Shown one piece after another: positions 24,119 through 35,690 of a stretch of 64,000 nucleotides of DNA (its first letter is position 1; each line of letters opens with the position of its first letter). The notes under the pieces are model-generated. The model searched no databases. It saw only the letters and a list, made by a program, of their open reading frames with translations, and was not told where the DNA came from. The translations under genes and the position numbers were made by a program. This DNA is from Callorhinchus milii (taxonomy: Eukaryota): positions 46,130,001-46,194,000 of the forward strand of contig NW_024704743.1 in assembly GCF_018977255.1 (NCBI RefSeq). Reading direction: 5' to 3'.

Positions 24119-24289
24119 TTCGCAAACCAAAGGCACTATTCCCAGATACCAGAATCAGATGGTTGCTTTCAACAATTACTCTAATAGTGGGCAGCGTCGA
24201 AGTGGTAGTGGCACCACAGGCTGTAGGTGGAGCGATTCCAGGAAGTAATGAAGGAGCCGTGGCGTAAATCACAGTCTTTTTAGCAGAGG
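24119..24289 (-). CDS. Candidate 171-nt symmetric (phase 1-1) coding exon, unidentified gene
   Basis: Minus strand reads tattatactactcctag/CC...CGAA/gtaagt; open frame (A)SAKKTVIYATAPSLLPGIAPPTACGATTTSTLPTIRVIVESNHLILVSGNSAFGLR; unique sequence with several retained CpGs. Confidence 0.45.
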
Positions 24290-24832
24290 CTAGGAGTAGT
24301 ATAATAGTAATTGTGTGAATCTTCTGTCCTGGGAGCTTAGGGAGTGTGTAAACATTTTTATAAGAAAAGAAAACAGATTCTCTATTCAACCAACTGGCTT
24401 GAGAAAAATACCTCAAGCTGTTTAGAAATGAGCTGGATGTCGGAATTTGTATCTTTTTCTTTTGAATGATTGAGGCCAAAAATCAAGTAAAGAACAAATT
24501 CTATTGCATGTGGTTCATTACTTCACAGCTTTGAACTTGGTCTCAGTGTACCTGGCAGCTTTTCCAGAGTCCGGGTCAATGTGACAGAACATCATATATA
24601 CTTATTTTCGCTCATAAATAAGTGAATAACCATTAAGTCATGCTTGTGAGTTTTTTCCCGAAGACGAATGACAATCACAAATCTTTAGGCTCAGCCAAGC
24701 ACTAAACTGGGTTGCAGAAGGCAACTTTTGTCCAGAGTTCCTGATCACAGCAATCTCTACTGGAAGTGCGCGCATTCATTTAGTGTTTAGATGAGGACAT
24801 TATTGGGCTTGATTGTGATTTTCCGCAAGTTT

Positions 24833-25215
24833 TTCTTGCATTTGATATAGTGCCTTATTGTGTTGTTGAGGTGTCTCAAAGCACTTCACAGGATTTTAAT
24901 GTAAACTATAGTGACTATTTGTAGGCAAATTTGTGGGCAAACATGGCAGCCAATTTGTGCACAGCAATTTCCCACAAACAGCGATCAAGTGACCAATATT
25001 TTGGGAGGATTGTTGAATACCAGGAAGAACTCCTCTTTTTAAATAGACTTTGAATTGAATATTTCTTGGTTTAATGTCTTGTCCAACAGTGAGGTGTACC
25101 TCTAGCATTGTACTGGAGTGTCAGCCTCAACTGTGAGTTTAAATGCTGATGTGGGACTTGAACCCACAACTTTCTGAGTCAGAGGCGAGAGTGCTACCAA
25201 CTAATCCAGGCTGGA
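24833..25215 (-). mobile_element. SINE family 2 (Deu-domain), internally deleted
   Basis: Tail 'cttgcatttgatatag' at left; head reverse complement 'gggacttgaacccacaactttctgagtcagaggcgagagtgctaccaact'. Confidence 0.75.
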
Positions 25216-25859
25216 TCTGCTTTTGATCTCATCCACACCCTCACTTGTGTGAGATACCGTAGGACAATTATTGCTCAACATATCTCAGCACAAGTCAGAG
25301 GCTTCAGGAAAGAAGAAGTAGAGAGAGAGAGAAAAAAAAAGCGAATGAAGAAAAATGCAATACTAATTGGATTTAATTATTAAGTTACTAAATTAATTGA
25401 CTGAACAAGGCAGATACAGAATGCTTGCGTTAATTCAATTGGTGACTGGATTCAAAAAAATACATTGACTTGTTTTTACACTAACTTCATTAAATAATTA
25501 CCGATTAAACTTAATAAAATTAAATAATTGAATCTGTGGCTACTTTGAATAATTATTTGAGGTCTGCTCCTATTGAACCTGCACTTCCCGAGACTTTCTC
25601 TACCTCCTGCAATTTCTGTGTCTAGATGAACATATCGCCATTCGATGCCAGGAGGATGTCTCAAAGCTCTTCACAGGATAGATCTGTCTCTCCTGCCATT
25701 TTGTTTCAGATCACTGGTGATCCGCCCTCCATCTGCCTCTCCCAGGAATTGTCCTGGCAGGCCCAACTCCCACAAGATTCCCTCGATTCACATGCTGCTC
25801 AGTCGTTAGGCTCCATTCTTTCCGTGTCCCTATCCCCCTCAGACTATATTTAAGATATC

Positions 25860-26640
25860 AAGTGCTCAATGAGTCTTAACTTTCTCCAGCTTGACATTGA
25901 CAAAACTAAGACTATTCTGCTCAGCTCTTGTCAGCACCTCCTCACCTCAGGCGCTGATGTTATCAATCATACCGCACCCCATTGCAGCTGAAACCTCCAT
26001 GCGAGCAGATTTGACTTTTCCAATGCCCTGGTTTCCCCAGTTCCATTCTCCAGAAAAAATTCTCCCACTAATATATCCACTTTACATCATATCCTGTGAA
26101 GAGCTTTGGGATGTCCTGCTGAGGTGAAAGGAGCTATACCATATGCAAGGATTTATTTAAGGATTTATTAATTCCAGATAATCCTGAACTTCACAGCTCT
26201 TATTCTCTCCCACACAATATCTTGTGAACCTAGCACCCCACATCCTTGCCTAGCTTCCTATTCCCCAGTGGATTGACTTGACAATTTTCATCCTTCAAAT
26301 GGCTCCATGCTTTGCCCCATCCTATCTTTGAGGTCTCCTGCAACCTGGCCACTCCCTTTACTCCACCAATTCTGACCTGCTTCAAGGCCTCCACCTCCTC
26401 TAGCCCACCATTCACAGGCGAGCTTTGAACCACTTTGCTCCCACCTGCTGGAATGCTTTTCTAAACTTCCTCTGCTGTGCTTCTTCCCTCTCTATTTTCA
26501 AAACTCGTCTGAAGACCTAACTCTTTGAATGCACCTTCCACCAGCTCTGCCCTATCCCTATCCTCCCTTCAGTGCCGACTCCTACTTTGCCTTTGCAAAG
26601 CACTCTTGAAAGGCGTTATGTAAGTGCAAATTGTTCTGTT
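25860..26640 (+). mobile_element. Old L2 fragments
   Basis: Degenerate 'aactttctccagcttgacattgacaaaact' (NFLQL.I.KT), 'cagataatcctgaact' and a decayed tail 'gaaaggcgttatgtaagtgcaa'. Confidence 0.6.
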
Positions 26641-26817
26641 CGAAAAATGTATTAATGAGAAAAAAAGCACCAGAACAAGATTTTTAAAGTAATAATACTC
26701 CTTGTATTTCATATAGTGCCTTATCACTTTGCTGAGATGTCTCAAAGCACTTCATAGGACTTACTGTACAGTGGTATGTGTATTTTGTGGGTGATCTGTG
26801 TTTTGTATTTTATGCAG

Positions 26818-26943
26818 ATTCACAACTGCTCTCCTGGCTCGTATCTTTATATGGATGATGATGCACAATGCAGTATCACCAACCCGATCAGCCACATCAG
26901 CACCGGCCTCGCTGTATCAGTTCTTGTGTCTTTTATGTGTTAA
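26818..26943 (+). CDS. Candidate terminal exon
   Basis: tgttttgtattttatgcag acceptor; phase-0 frame IHNCSPGSYLYMDDDAQCSITNPISHISTGLAVSVLVSFMC-stop; AATAAA at about 27045 and 27074. Confidence 0.22.
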   Translation: MHNCSPGSYLYMDDDAQCSITNPISHISTGLAVSVLVSFMC

Positions 26944-27517
26944 ATGTCATGGCATAAAGGAATTACAGCTTTGGGAAATATTAGAAAAAAATCATCAGTA
27001 ACGGTTGTTTGCAATCATTAAGCTTGTGGAAAGCAAAGATTTTAAATAAATGAACTTGACTTGAACATTTTACAATAAAAACAGATTTATCTATAAAAAT
27101 ACATTTAATCCAAAGCTGCAGCTTTTTGTCATGCTGAGTTCTCACTGTCTGGCTTAAAGGAGAATAAGTATTGGAACAAATGAGAACTGTGGTGACAACA
27201 GGTGTGTCTGTCTGACCCGAGGCTGGCTTATGAAAATCATTTCTCATTAATGATGCTTAATGTTCACAAGTGAAACCATTTTAACACAATGCAGCAACTG
27301 AGGATTCAAATTCCACCTGCTCCATCGATGACCAATTTTCAATTCCTACACCTGCACTCCCTCACTCCCTCCCTCCCTTCCCTCCCTCCGTCACCTCCCC
27401 CCCCGCCACCAGGGAGTCATCCCACTCAGCCGCTATTAACCCAGCAAGATGGACAAGCATTGATAAAGCTTGCCAGACAACAATATCAATGGCAAGCTAT
27501 ACAGTTTTAGTTGGTTA

Positions 27518-27770
27518 GACTCCAGCAGTACCCCAGCGCACACACTGGAGTCCCCAAGTCTTGTCTCTTGTCAACCTGCACCTAATACTTTCTGGAATTA
27601 GGTAAGCAGGATGGATCCCTCCAGGGAGAGAGTGCGCATTCCATTCCAACAGTCTATCTCTGAGATTTCCATGTGGAGGTGGGATGCACGGAAATCTCAG
27701 CTTGGTTTGGATACTCTGAAGCATGGTGATGGGTTTCTGCATGTGTGAGACACCCGGCTGACCAAAAAAA
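27518..27770 (+). repeat. Structured dispersed repeat X, copy 3 (longest)
   Basis: Several hairpins (gactccag/ctggagtc; cctgcacctaat/attaggtaagcagg; ctgagatttcc/ggaaatctcag) followed by A7. Confidence 0.8.
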
Positions 27771-28499
27771 TAGTGTGGGCACACAAATGTGGTGATGTCA
27801 CTTTAACATGCTCCCACTGATCAGATGCTATGAAACCAAGTCACACAGAGAATAATCATTGCATAAAGCCAAGGGCCTTAACTCAACAGTGCACTTTATT
27901 AGAGAAATATGGGTACCCTGCAGTGATTTCACTGCTGCAATCTTGTTCTAGGGTTTAGATAACTGTAATAAACTGCAAAAAGCTTCACTCTTGTGGCTCA
28001 AGACATCATTTGGGCACCTTCATGAGATTGTTTCTGGCAGTTCCTCCCAATTATTATATTCACGACTCTCTTTATCATATATAACCAGAACCCAGAAAGG
28101 AGTCTTAAATCTTAATAGCTGGTAATCACATCAGGTCCAGACAAAACATTTATTTTTGGAGCCACACAGGGTAAATAATCTGAGATGGTTTAGCACATAT
28201 CTGAGCTTTTTTAGCATTTAGCTGGTGAAACAATTTTGTCTTAAAATTTAAGATGGCCCAGAATTGAGAGAAATTCTTAATTTAATTTGGCCGTTTCTGT
28301 TTATGAACTGTGGAAAACTGAGTTCCAAATTAAAACTAGATTTAAGAATTTTCCACAGTTCTGTGCAATTTTACATTTTAAGACAATCGGCTCAGGGTAA
28401 TTTCGGACCTCCCAGGTGAGTACACCTGCCTTGGTGCTCATCTGAATCTTATTGTGATACAATATATAATGTGATATAATATATGCTGCGGTACCATAT

Positions 28500-28908
28500 A
28501 TAATAATAATCCTTCCATATGATACATGACATCATTGAGATGTCTGAAAGTGCCTGACAGGAGTTATTGTGAAGTGCAGTAGCTGTGTATTTGTAGGTGA
28601 ACATGGCAGTTAAATTTCACACAGCCCTACAAACAGTGTATGACCAATATTTTTCTGAAAGTTTGTTGGACTGGGACAAACTCCCTTCTCTTTTTGAGTA
28701 GTGTCAGGCAATCTTTGTGCCCATCTGAACAGGCAACAGACTCTGGTTTAGTGTCTCATTCAAAGGATAGCACCTTTAACAATACAGAGCTCCCCAGAAC
28801 TGCATTGGAGTGTCAGCCTAGACTACCAGTTCAAATTCCTGATGTGGATCTTGAACCCACATGCTTGACTCGGAGGTGAGAGTGCTACCAACTGAGCCAG
28901 GCTGACAT
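28500..28908 (-). mobile_element. SINE family 2 (Deu-domain), near full length
   Basis: Head reverse complement 'gagagtgctaccaactgagccaggctgac' (A-box TGGCTCAGTTGG), B-box, Deu-like core and (AAT)n tail. Confidence 0.8.
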
Positions 28909-28942
28909 CTGTGATACAATATATACTGTAGCACAATATATA

Positions 28943-29249
28943 TAATAATAATAATCCTTGCATTTGACATAGTGCTTTACACGTCTTCTAGACATCCCAA
29001 AGCGCTTCACAGAATATACTGTAAAATGAATTGACTGTATGTTTGTGGGCGAACGCGACAGCCAATTGCGCACAGCAGTGTCCCACAAACAGTCGTAGAT
29101 TGAAAATGACCAATTTATTATTTTTTTTGAGGGATTATTATTAGGCGTGTGGAGTAAGGAAACTTGCCCAAGATTTCGCCCTGCCTGGAATTGAACTCGG
29201 GTCTCTCGCTTGCAAAGCGAGTGCTCTAACCACTGAGCTACAGGACTCC
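28943..29249 (-). mobile_element. SINE family 1 short form
   Basis: Reverse complement of the 50073 type; followed by a long-form fragment at about 29250-29390. Confidence 0.9.
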
Positions 29250-29445
29250 TAAAGTGTAGTGACTGTATTTTGTGGGCGAAATGCGTCAGCCAATTGCACA
29301 GAGCAGTGTCCCACATACAGTCGTAGATGAGGGACCACAATTTTTTTGAAGAATTATTACCCCAGAAAGAGATATGCCAATTGACTAACAATATTTGGTA
29401 CAATATATGCAATAGTACAATATATATTGGGGTACAATATATACT

Positions 29446-29746
29446 CCAGCCTGCTTCATGTCCCCCGCCTTGCCCAGCCCACTATTGGCGGGCGGGCCTT
29501 CAGCCTCTCTAGCCCCACTCTCTAGAATTCTATCCCACAGTCCTTCCGCCTCACCCCCTCCCTTGCATCCTTCAAAACTCGTCTTAAGACCCTACTCTTC
29601 GGTCACCCTACTATCCCTACCCTTCCTATCCTCCACCCAGCCTGATCCCAATCACCAGCTCAGGTGCAGATTCCTGACTGTCCAGCGCCTTGGGAGGTCC
29701 TCCTGACGTGAAAGGCTTTATACAAATATAATTTGTTGTTGTTGTT
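29446..29746 (+). mobile_element. L2 3' fragment
   Basis: 'attggcgggcgggccttcagcc', stem-loop and (GTT)n tail. Confidence 0.85.
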
Positions 29747-30767
29747 CTATGATAAACTGGGACAATATATTTTGTGGTAATAATAATAATCCTTGCATTT
29801 CACGTAGAGCCTTATCATGTTGCTGACACTTCTCAAAAGTGCTTTATGTACAGTAGTATAAAATATAACAATATATACTGTGACACAGTATTTACTGGGA
29901 TACAATATATACTGTGGTGCAATATATGCAATGACACTATCAAAGATGCACAGAATTCAATTTGTTCTGGATTTTCTTTCTTCAAAAACATTCTTAAAAG
30001 CAAGGAGTTCTCTTCAATAACATAATAATTAAAGGTCAAATCTGTTACATAATCTTATAACAATTTAACCATAAACATACAGATTGAATTCTTGCTTCAA
30101 AACGCAGATTAAGGAGTGAGTTATGAGGCAATTTTATTTTTCAGCATCCACTGGACAAATATAATTCTAAATTGGTCTGGAGGATTTGGACTTGAGCTGG
30201 GGTTTGGGATCATTCAGTCGGGTTACTCTTGTTCACGGTCACAACACACATTAGAATAATAGATAAAGCAGGCAAATTCACTTCTCTTTTAACTTTTCCC
30301 CAGTTTTCTTTTCTCTCCTAAAGATGCTGACGTGTGTTTGATTATAGGCCCATGGATACATTATACACATGACCATTCTTAATGTGTGAGCTCCGCAGAG
30401 TGTCAGCAGATTTTAATCAACAATAACATGGATTTATATAAGAGGGAGTGTCTCGGAGGACTCTGAGAATAAATTCCATTTGGGTCTTTAAAGACCACCT
30501 CAAGACTTACGTCTTCAACTGCACTTTTGGTTATCTTATCCCCCACCACTCCATCCACCCTCGGCCCGTTCCAGTCAATCTCAACCTTGAGTCCCCAGTT
30601 AGCTGTGTGCAGCGCTTTGAGATATCCTCCCTCCCAACAGGAAAGATGCTGTATAAATGTAAATTTTTGTGATTTTATCGAGTTGTAATTATATTCACTC
30701 TATTTATGCAACACCTTAGAGCGGACTGAATTTGGCAAACTGCTGAATTCAGTCTAAACTTTGAAGT

Positions 30768-31070
30768 CAACAACAAACAACAACAACAAATTACATTTAT
30801 GATGTGCCTTTCACTTTGAGAGGATGTCCCAAGGTGCTGGACAATCAGGATTTTGACCTGAGCTGGGGTTTGGGATCATGAAGCGTGGATGGCAGGGAGG
30901 GTGGGGGTAGTAGAGTCACCGAGGACGCTGTCAAAGAGGAAGATCTTGAGAAGCGCCTTGAAGGAGGCAAGGGAGGGAGTAAGGTGAAGGGACTGTGGGA
31001 TAGAGTTCCAAAGTGTGGGGGAAGAAAGGCTGAAGGCCAGACAGCTAATGGTGGGATGGTCTTCAGCCAG
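30768..31070 (-). mobile_element. L2 3' fragment
   Basis: (CAA)n tail; minus-strand ORF AFSLSSPTLWNSIPQSL..FKALLKIFLF. Confidence 0.85.
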
Positions 31071-31475
31071 TTTTCTGTAGTTCTGAAAAGAAACATTACA
31101 GAAAACGTGCTTCAACATTAAGGCTGTATTTAAGATTTTGTCAAACTATAAACATTCTAGTTGCAACATAAATAGAATAAGTCTAGACCCAGTTGACACT
31201 TCTCTCCCCATATGCATATTGGGTGTTTGTGGTGTAGGTGGGTGTTTGAGGGACTGGAAATCACAATTAAGTCTGACTCTGCCTCCGTTTGTTGTCAATT
31301 TATGCTGATGTTTCAGTAGTGATCATTCACGAGCTGAAATACCATCTGTTTATTCCTATTTCTAGCCCACACCTGTAAAGACTATGTGTAGCATTCCTAA
31401 TCCCACCCTATATGAGTTCAGCTAACTCAGCACAGAGCAACAACTGACCTGGGAGATTCTCTGCCACTGGCACCT

Positions 31476-32440
31476 CTAAAAACTGCCGTCATCACTCCGA
31501 TCCTTAAAAATTTCTCCCTGGACCCATCCAAACTTCCAAACTACTGCCCCATCTCCAACCTCCCTTTCCTTTCCAAGGTTCTGGAATGAGTTGTTGCTTC
31601 CTAGCTTTGTTCCTTCCTCTCCTGCCACTGCCTTCACAAACCCCTCCAATCGGGTTACTGTACCGCTCACAGCACAGAAACAGCTTTGGTCAAAGTGACA
31701 AATGACATTTTGTCCATCTGCAACCAGGGCTCTCTCTGCCTCCTTGGCCTCCTTGACCTCTCTGCTGCCTTTGATACCATTGACCACTCTATCCTCCTCC
31801 ACCTCTCCTCTCACCTCAACCTTCATGGTTTGTCCTTGAATGGTTCATATCCCCACCTCTGCAGCATCGCCCAGCTCTGCCATTGTCTCTCACTGCAGGC
31901 CACCGAGACCCTCATACACACATTCATAACATCCAGGCTTGACTATACAAATACCCCGCTTTTTGGCCTCCCCAACTCCCCTCCGCAGGCTGTAAATCAT
32001 TCAAAACTCTCCTGCACCAGGCTCCGCAACCCTATCACCCCCATCCTCACCCAACTCCAGTGGCTTCCCATCGCACAGAGGATACAGTTCAAGATCCTGG
32101 TCCTCACCTTCAAAGCCCTCCAAGGCATTGCTCCCCACTACCTCTGTGACCTCCTAAGCCCCTGCTAACCTGCCCGCTTCCTTGCTCAGCAGCCTCTGGC
32201 CTGCTTCAAGTCCCCTGCCCAGCCTCCCCCACCATTGACAGTGAGCCTTCGGCCAGTCTGCCCCCACCCTCTCGAACTCTCCCTCCCTTGCCTCCTTCAA
32301 TCATGACCCAACTGTGCAGCGCCTTGGGACGTCCTCCTGACGTGAAAGGCGCTCTATAAATGGAATCTTGTTGTTGTTGTTGTTGTTGTTCAAGACTCAT
32401 CTCAAGACCCTCCTCCTCAACCATGTTTTTGGTCACCTCT
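31476..32440 (+). mobile_element. L2 RT/3' fragment with internal deletion and a nested solo tail (about 32301-32388)
   Basis: KVTNDIL..LLDLSAAFDTIDH is joined directly to C-terminal motifs; the nested tail is flanked by 'ttcaa' on both sides. Confidence 0.88.
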
Positions 32441-33289
32441 CCACAAGGCAGAGAAGTACAGTGTTCTGGGAAGCACTGTTTTGTCATTGGTGCCATCCTT
32501 TGGATGAGATGTCAAACTGCTAATTGGGTGCCACGTTTGTATACCAATGTACAATTGCTCTGAAACATCTTGACAATGTGATAAGGCATGATATTAATTG
32601 CAAGGATTATTATTTTTATGTGCGGGCATTGAAGGACTCAAGCTGACTTTGTAGAAGGGAGACAGTACTGGCAGTGACAATCTGGAGCTGCCTTTGCACA
32701 AGGGAGAGAGGTAAAAAAACAAAAACACAGAGATTTATCTTGGAGAGTTTGCTGCTTGATCTGTTGGACAGCTTGTGAGTGTGAACACTGCATTTTCAGT
32801 ATCAGACATTAGCCATCGGCAAGTTGTGATTTACATTTGCAGAGGCAGGGAATCAGCACAGCCTGGCATCCTTATCATTCGGGAGCCCACATTTATTGGG
32901 GATTAGAGAAATATTAAAGAGCAAGAGTAATAAAGGGATACCAGGGCAGAGCAGGGAAGTGGGATGGAAGTAAATGGTCCTGGTGCAGGAGTTAGCATTA
33001 GAGTTGCTGTGTCAGAAAATCTCCTCTTGTTTGGTCCAGGATGTCCCTATTATAATGTGGTGGTATGGATCTGTGCACTCAGGTGTTAATAAGGAGGCAT
33101 GCTAAAAATCGCTACCAGTCAATGTTCATGGGGGTCATTAGACCTCCACTGAAGTAATTTCCTGTGCTTTGTGTGCTGGTTGCAGGAAGCAGCTTGATGT
33201 CACTTCCTCTGCAAAATGATGTCAGCATCGCTTTCTGCATATAGCGTGCATGCGCTGTATGCAGGAAGTGATATCAGTAGTGTCGGCGG

Positions 33290-33850
33290 AGACTGGAGGA
33301 ACTGGAATTTTTTTCACTGGAACAAAGATGGTTGAGGGGTGACTTGAGAGATTATTTAGAATTATTAGAGTCAATGGCGAGAAATTATTTCCACTGGCTA
33401 AGGGGAAATATTTTCATGCACAGAGCAATAATGAAATGGAATGCACTTCCGGGATCAGTGGTTGAGACAGAATCCATATTGGCCTTCAATATCCTATGTA
33501 AAAGGAACAAGGCACAAAGGGATTTGAAGGCGAGTATCACGATCTAGAAATCAATCCATTCGGTGATTGGGAGCCAGTGGAGCCTGGCTTGAACTGGTGT
33601 GATGGCAGTAGGAGTTTATTATGGAAAAGTATGCAGGCAGTAGAATTCGGAATCAGTTGTAGTTTGTGGGTAGTGGAGCTGGGGACACAGGTGAGGAGGG
33701 TATTGGATTAGTCAAAGAGGGAGATGACCAATGCATGGGCAGAGGGCAAAGGCAGGTAAAATGGAACTGAAAGGGAGCTCTTGAGAGAGCTGGCGCATGC
33801 ACAATGGACCGAATGGCCTTCTTCCTTCTTGTAAATTTCTATGGTTGTAT
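33290..33850 (+). mobile_element. CR1 3' fragments
   Basis: 'ttttcactggaacaaagatggttgaggggtgacttg' (FSLE.R.LRGDL), WNALP.SVVE, and tail 'ggaccgaatggcct...tttctatggtt'. Confidence 0.7.
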
Positions 33851-34939
33851 GTGTACTGTACAGAAAGTGACATGATTGGTGCAGAAAGCAAGCCAGCTGG
33901 TGCCCCAAGCTGTAAAGGTCTATAGTACCTACAACCATTGTTACAAGTGTAGCCATGCTACCCATGGATATATAATAACAGGGTTTCCCTGTATTTAAAA
34001 GCCCCTCTATAATAAAGAGGTCACTTGACTGTGTACAGGTCCACACACCACTGTAATTACAAAGTGGGTAAATACTGTAATACTTTGAGATAAATATGAA
34101 GCTTTGTTCTGTAACAAAAACATTGCCCTGGGTACTCAGATGATTAAATTCCAAATTGATCAGCAGCATTTGTCAGTAATTCACATTTTTTGACAGTGAG
34201 ATATTCTAAGGTTAAGACTTCATTAACAAAATTGCCAACGGCTGCTGTGTGATACTGCAAATGGAGCATTGACTGATTTCTGGAGCCCCCACAGTATTGA
34301 AGGATGGCTGCTTTTCTCTTTCTTCTTAATTCTTTAATCAGTGCTCCAAATTAGTGACATCAACTCTGGGCAGATGACACCTTCTGCTACTGCTGTTTTC
34401 ATTTCTTCAATTCAGTTAAATTATTAACCTGTGGCCGCTCAAATTTCAGAAAAGTGTTGAGAAATATTTCCTTAAGAGGAACTTTTCAATTTTTTAAATG
34501 TTTTGTATGCATCAATCCTTATAAAGGCTAACACTTTTTAAAGGGGGGAGAGAATGCAGTGTCTAATATGATAGCTATCTCATGGACATCAAATGCAATT
34601 GTAATACTATTAAAGATTTTGTGCCTTTCACATCTCAAAGCACTTCACAAGATTTACTGTAAAGTGTAGTGACTGTATTTTATAGGCGAATGCCTAAATT
34701 AAATTGTGTCCTTCAAATGTGCCCTTAATGACAGATTTGCGCTTTCTGGAGAATGGCTTTGCTCACTTGCTTTGCAGATTCAAGGTCCACTCCGGGTTCT
34801 TTTTAGACTTTGATATCAAACTTATTCCTGGTTGTAAGAGTAGCAGGGAATCAGATCCCAGCTTCTTATTAAGACATGTAGTAATGAGGAGAAATTCCCC
34901 CAGGTCTGGCCTCACAAGCCCCAAGCCCTGGCAGGGGGA

Positions 34940-35690
34940 GATGGGAAGTTAGGGAATGATGGGAAGGGGTAGCTGAAAGCATAGTCAAAAAGGTAAACCC
35001 TAAGGTGGGATTCGAAACAGAGAGGGGAGGGATGGAGGAGGGATTTCAGGAAAGAGTTCCAGAGGGAGGGGTAAAGTGGATGAAGGCTTGCCTGCTGATG
35101 GTGGGGTGGAGCAGACCGGGGAATAAAGCAGGAAGGGTGGAGCTGGATCTCAGAGGATGCCAGAGATCCAATTGTGCAAGACTGTGGAGGTATTTGAAGG
35201 TATGAAGAGAGGGATCCTAAAGTTGATCCCCTGGGGGATAGGGAACCATTAAATTTGTGGCGCTTAGTGCAAGAAAGGATATGGACTTTGCAGATCCGTA
35301 TACTCCAGAGGTTGTGGAGGGTGGAACTGAGAAACCTGGGGAAACCTGGGAACATTAAATTTGGAGGTGAGAAAGGCATTGTTAACGGTATGGCCATGTT
35401 GCAGGTGAGGTTGTGGCAGAGGCGGGCGATTTTGCAGAGTTGGAAAAAAGTGAACTTGGTCAGAGCCTGGATGAAAGTTTATGATGTCAAGATTCTGCAT
35501 TGTCTCTGTGATTTGGTGGGAGAATCCAGGGAGGTTGATACGGTCAGTGTCTTATGACATATGAGGTGTTGATGGGAGCCAAGCAAGATGATTACACTTT
35601 TGTCAGCATTGAGTTAGCGAAAGTTACAGTCCTGGGGTTGAGGGTGGAGACAGAAAATTAAGAGTTGGCTGTCATCCGCGGACTCATCAA
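34940..35690 (-). mobile_element. Old L2 fragment
   Basis: Minus strand gives SLWNSF..SL and FESHL.VYLFDYAF; 'gttggctgtcatccgcg' corresponds to ADDSQL. Confidence 0.65.

Larger units (their letters stand above)
28452..29940. repeat. Degenerate ~17-bp minisatellite (ctgtgatacaatatata) fragmented by insertions
   Basis: Unit variants at 28452-28500, 28910-28942, 29390-29445, 29750-29780 and 29850-29940. Confidence 0.7.

Noticed and set aside
27355..27410. C-rich tract with G-quadruplex potential on the minus strand
   Set aside because: Low-complexity sequence like the many L2 3' UTR tracts; nothing indicates function.
28383..28415. 33-nt exon candidate ending CAG/gtgagt
   Set aside because: The acceptor lies in the arm of a palindromic repeat; probably cryptic.
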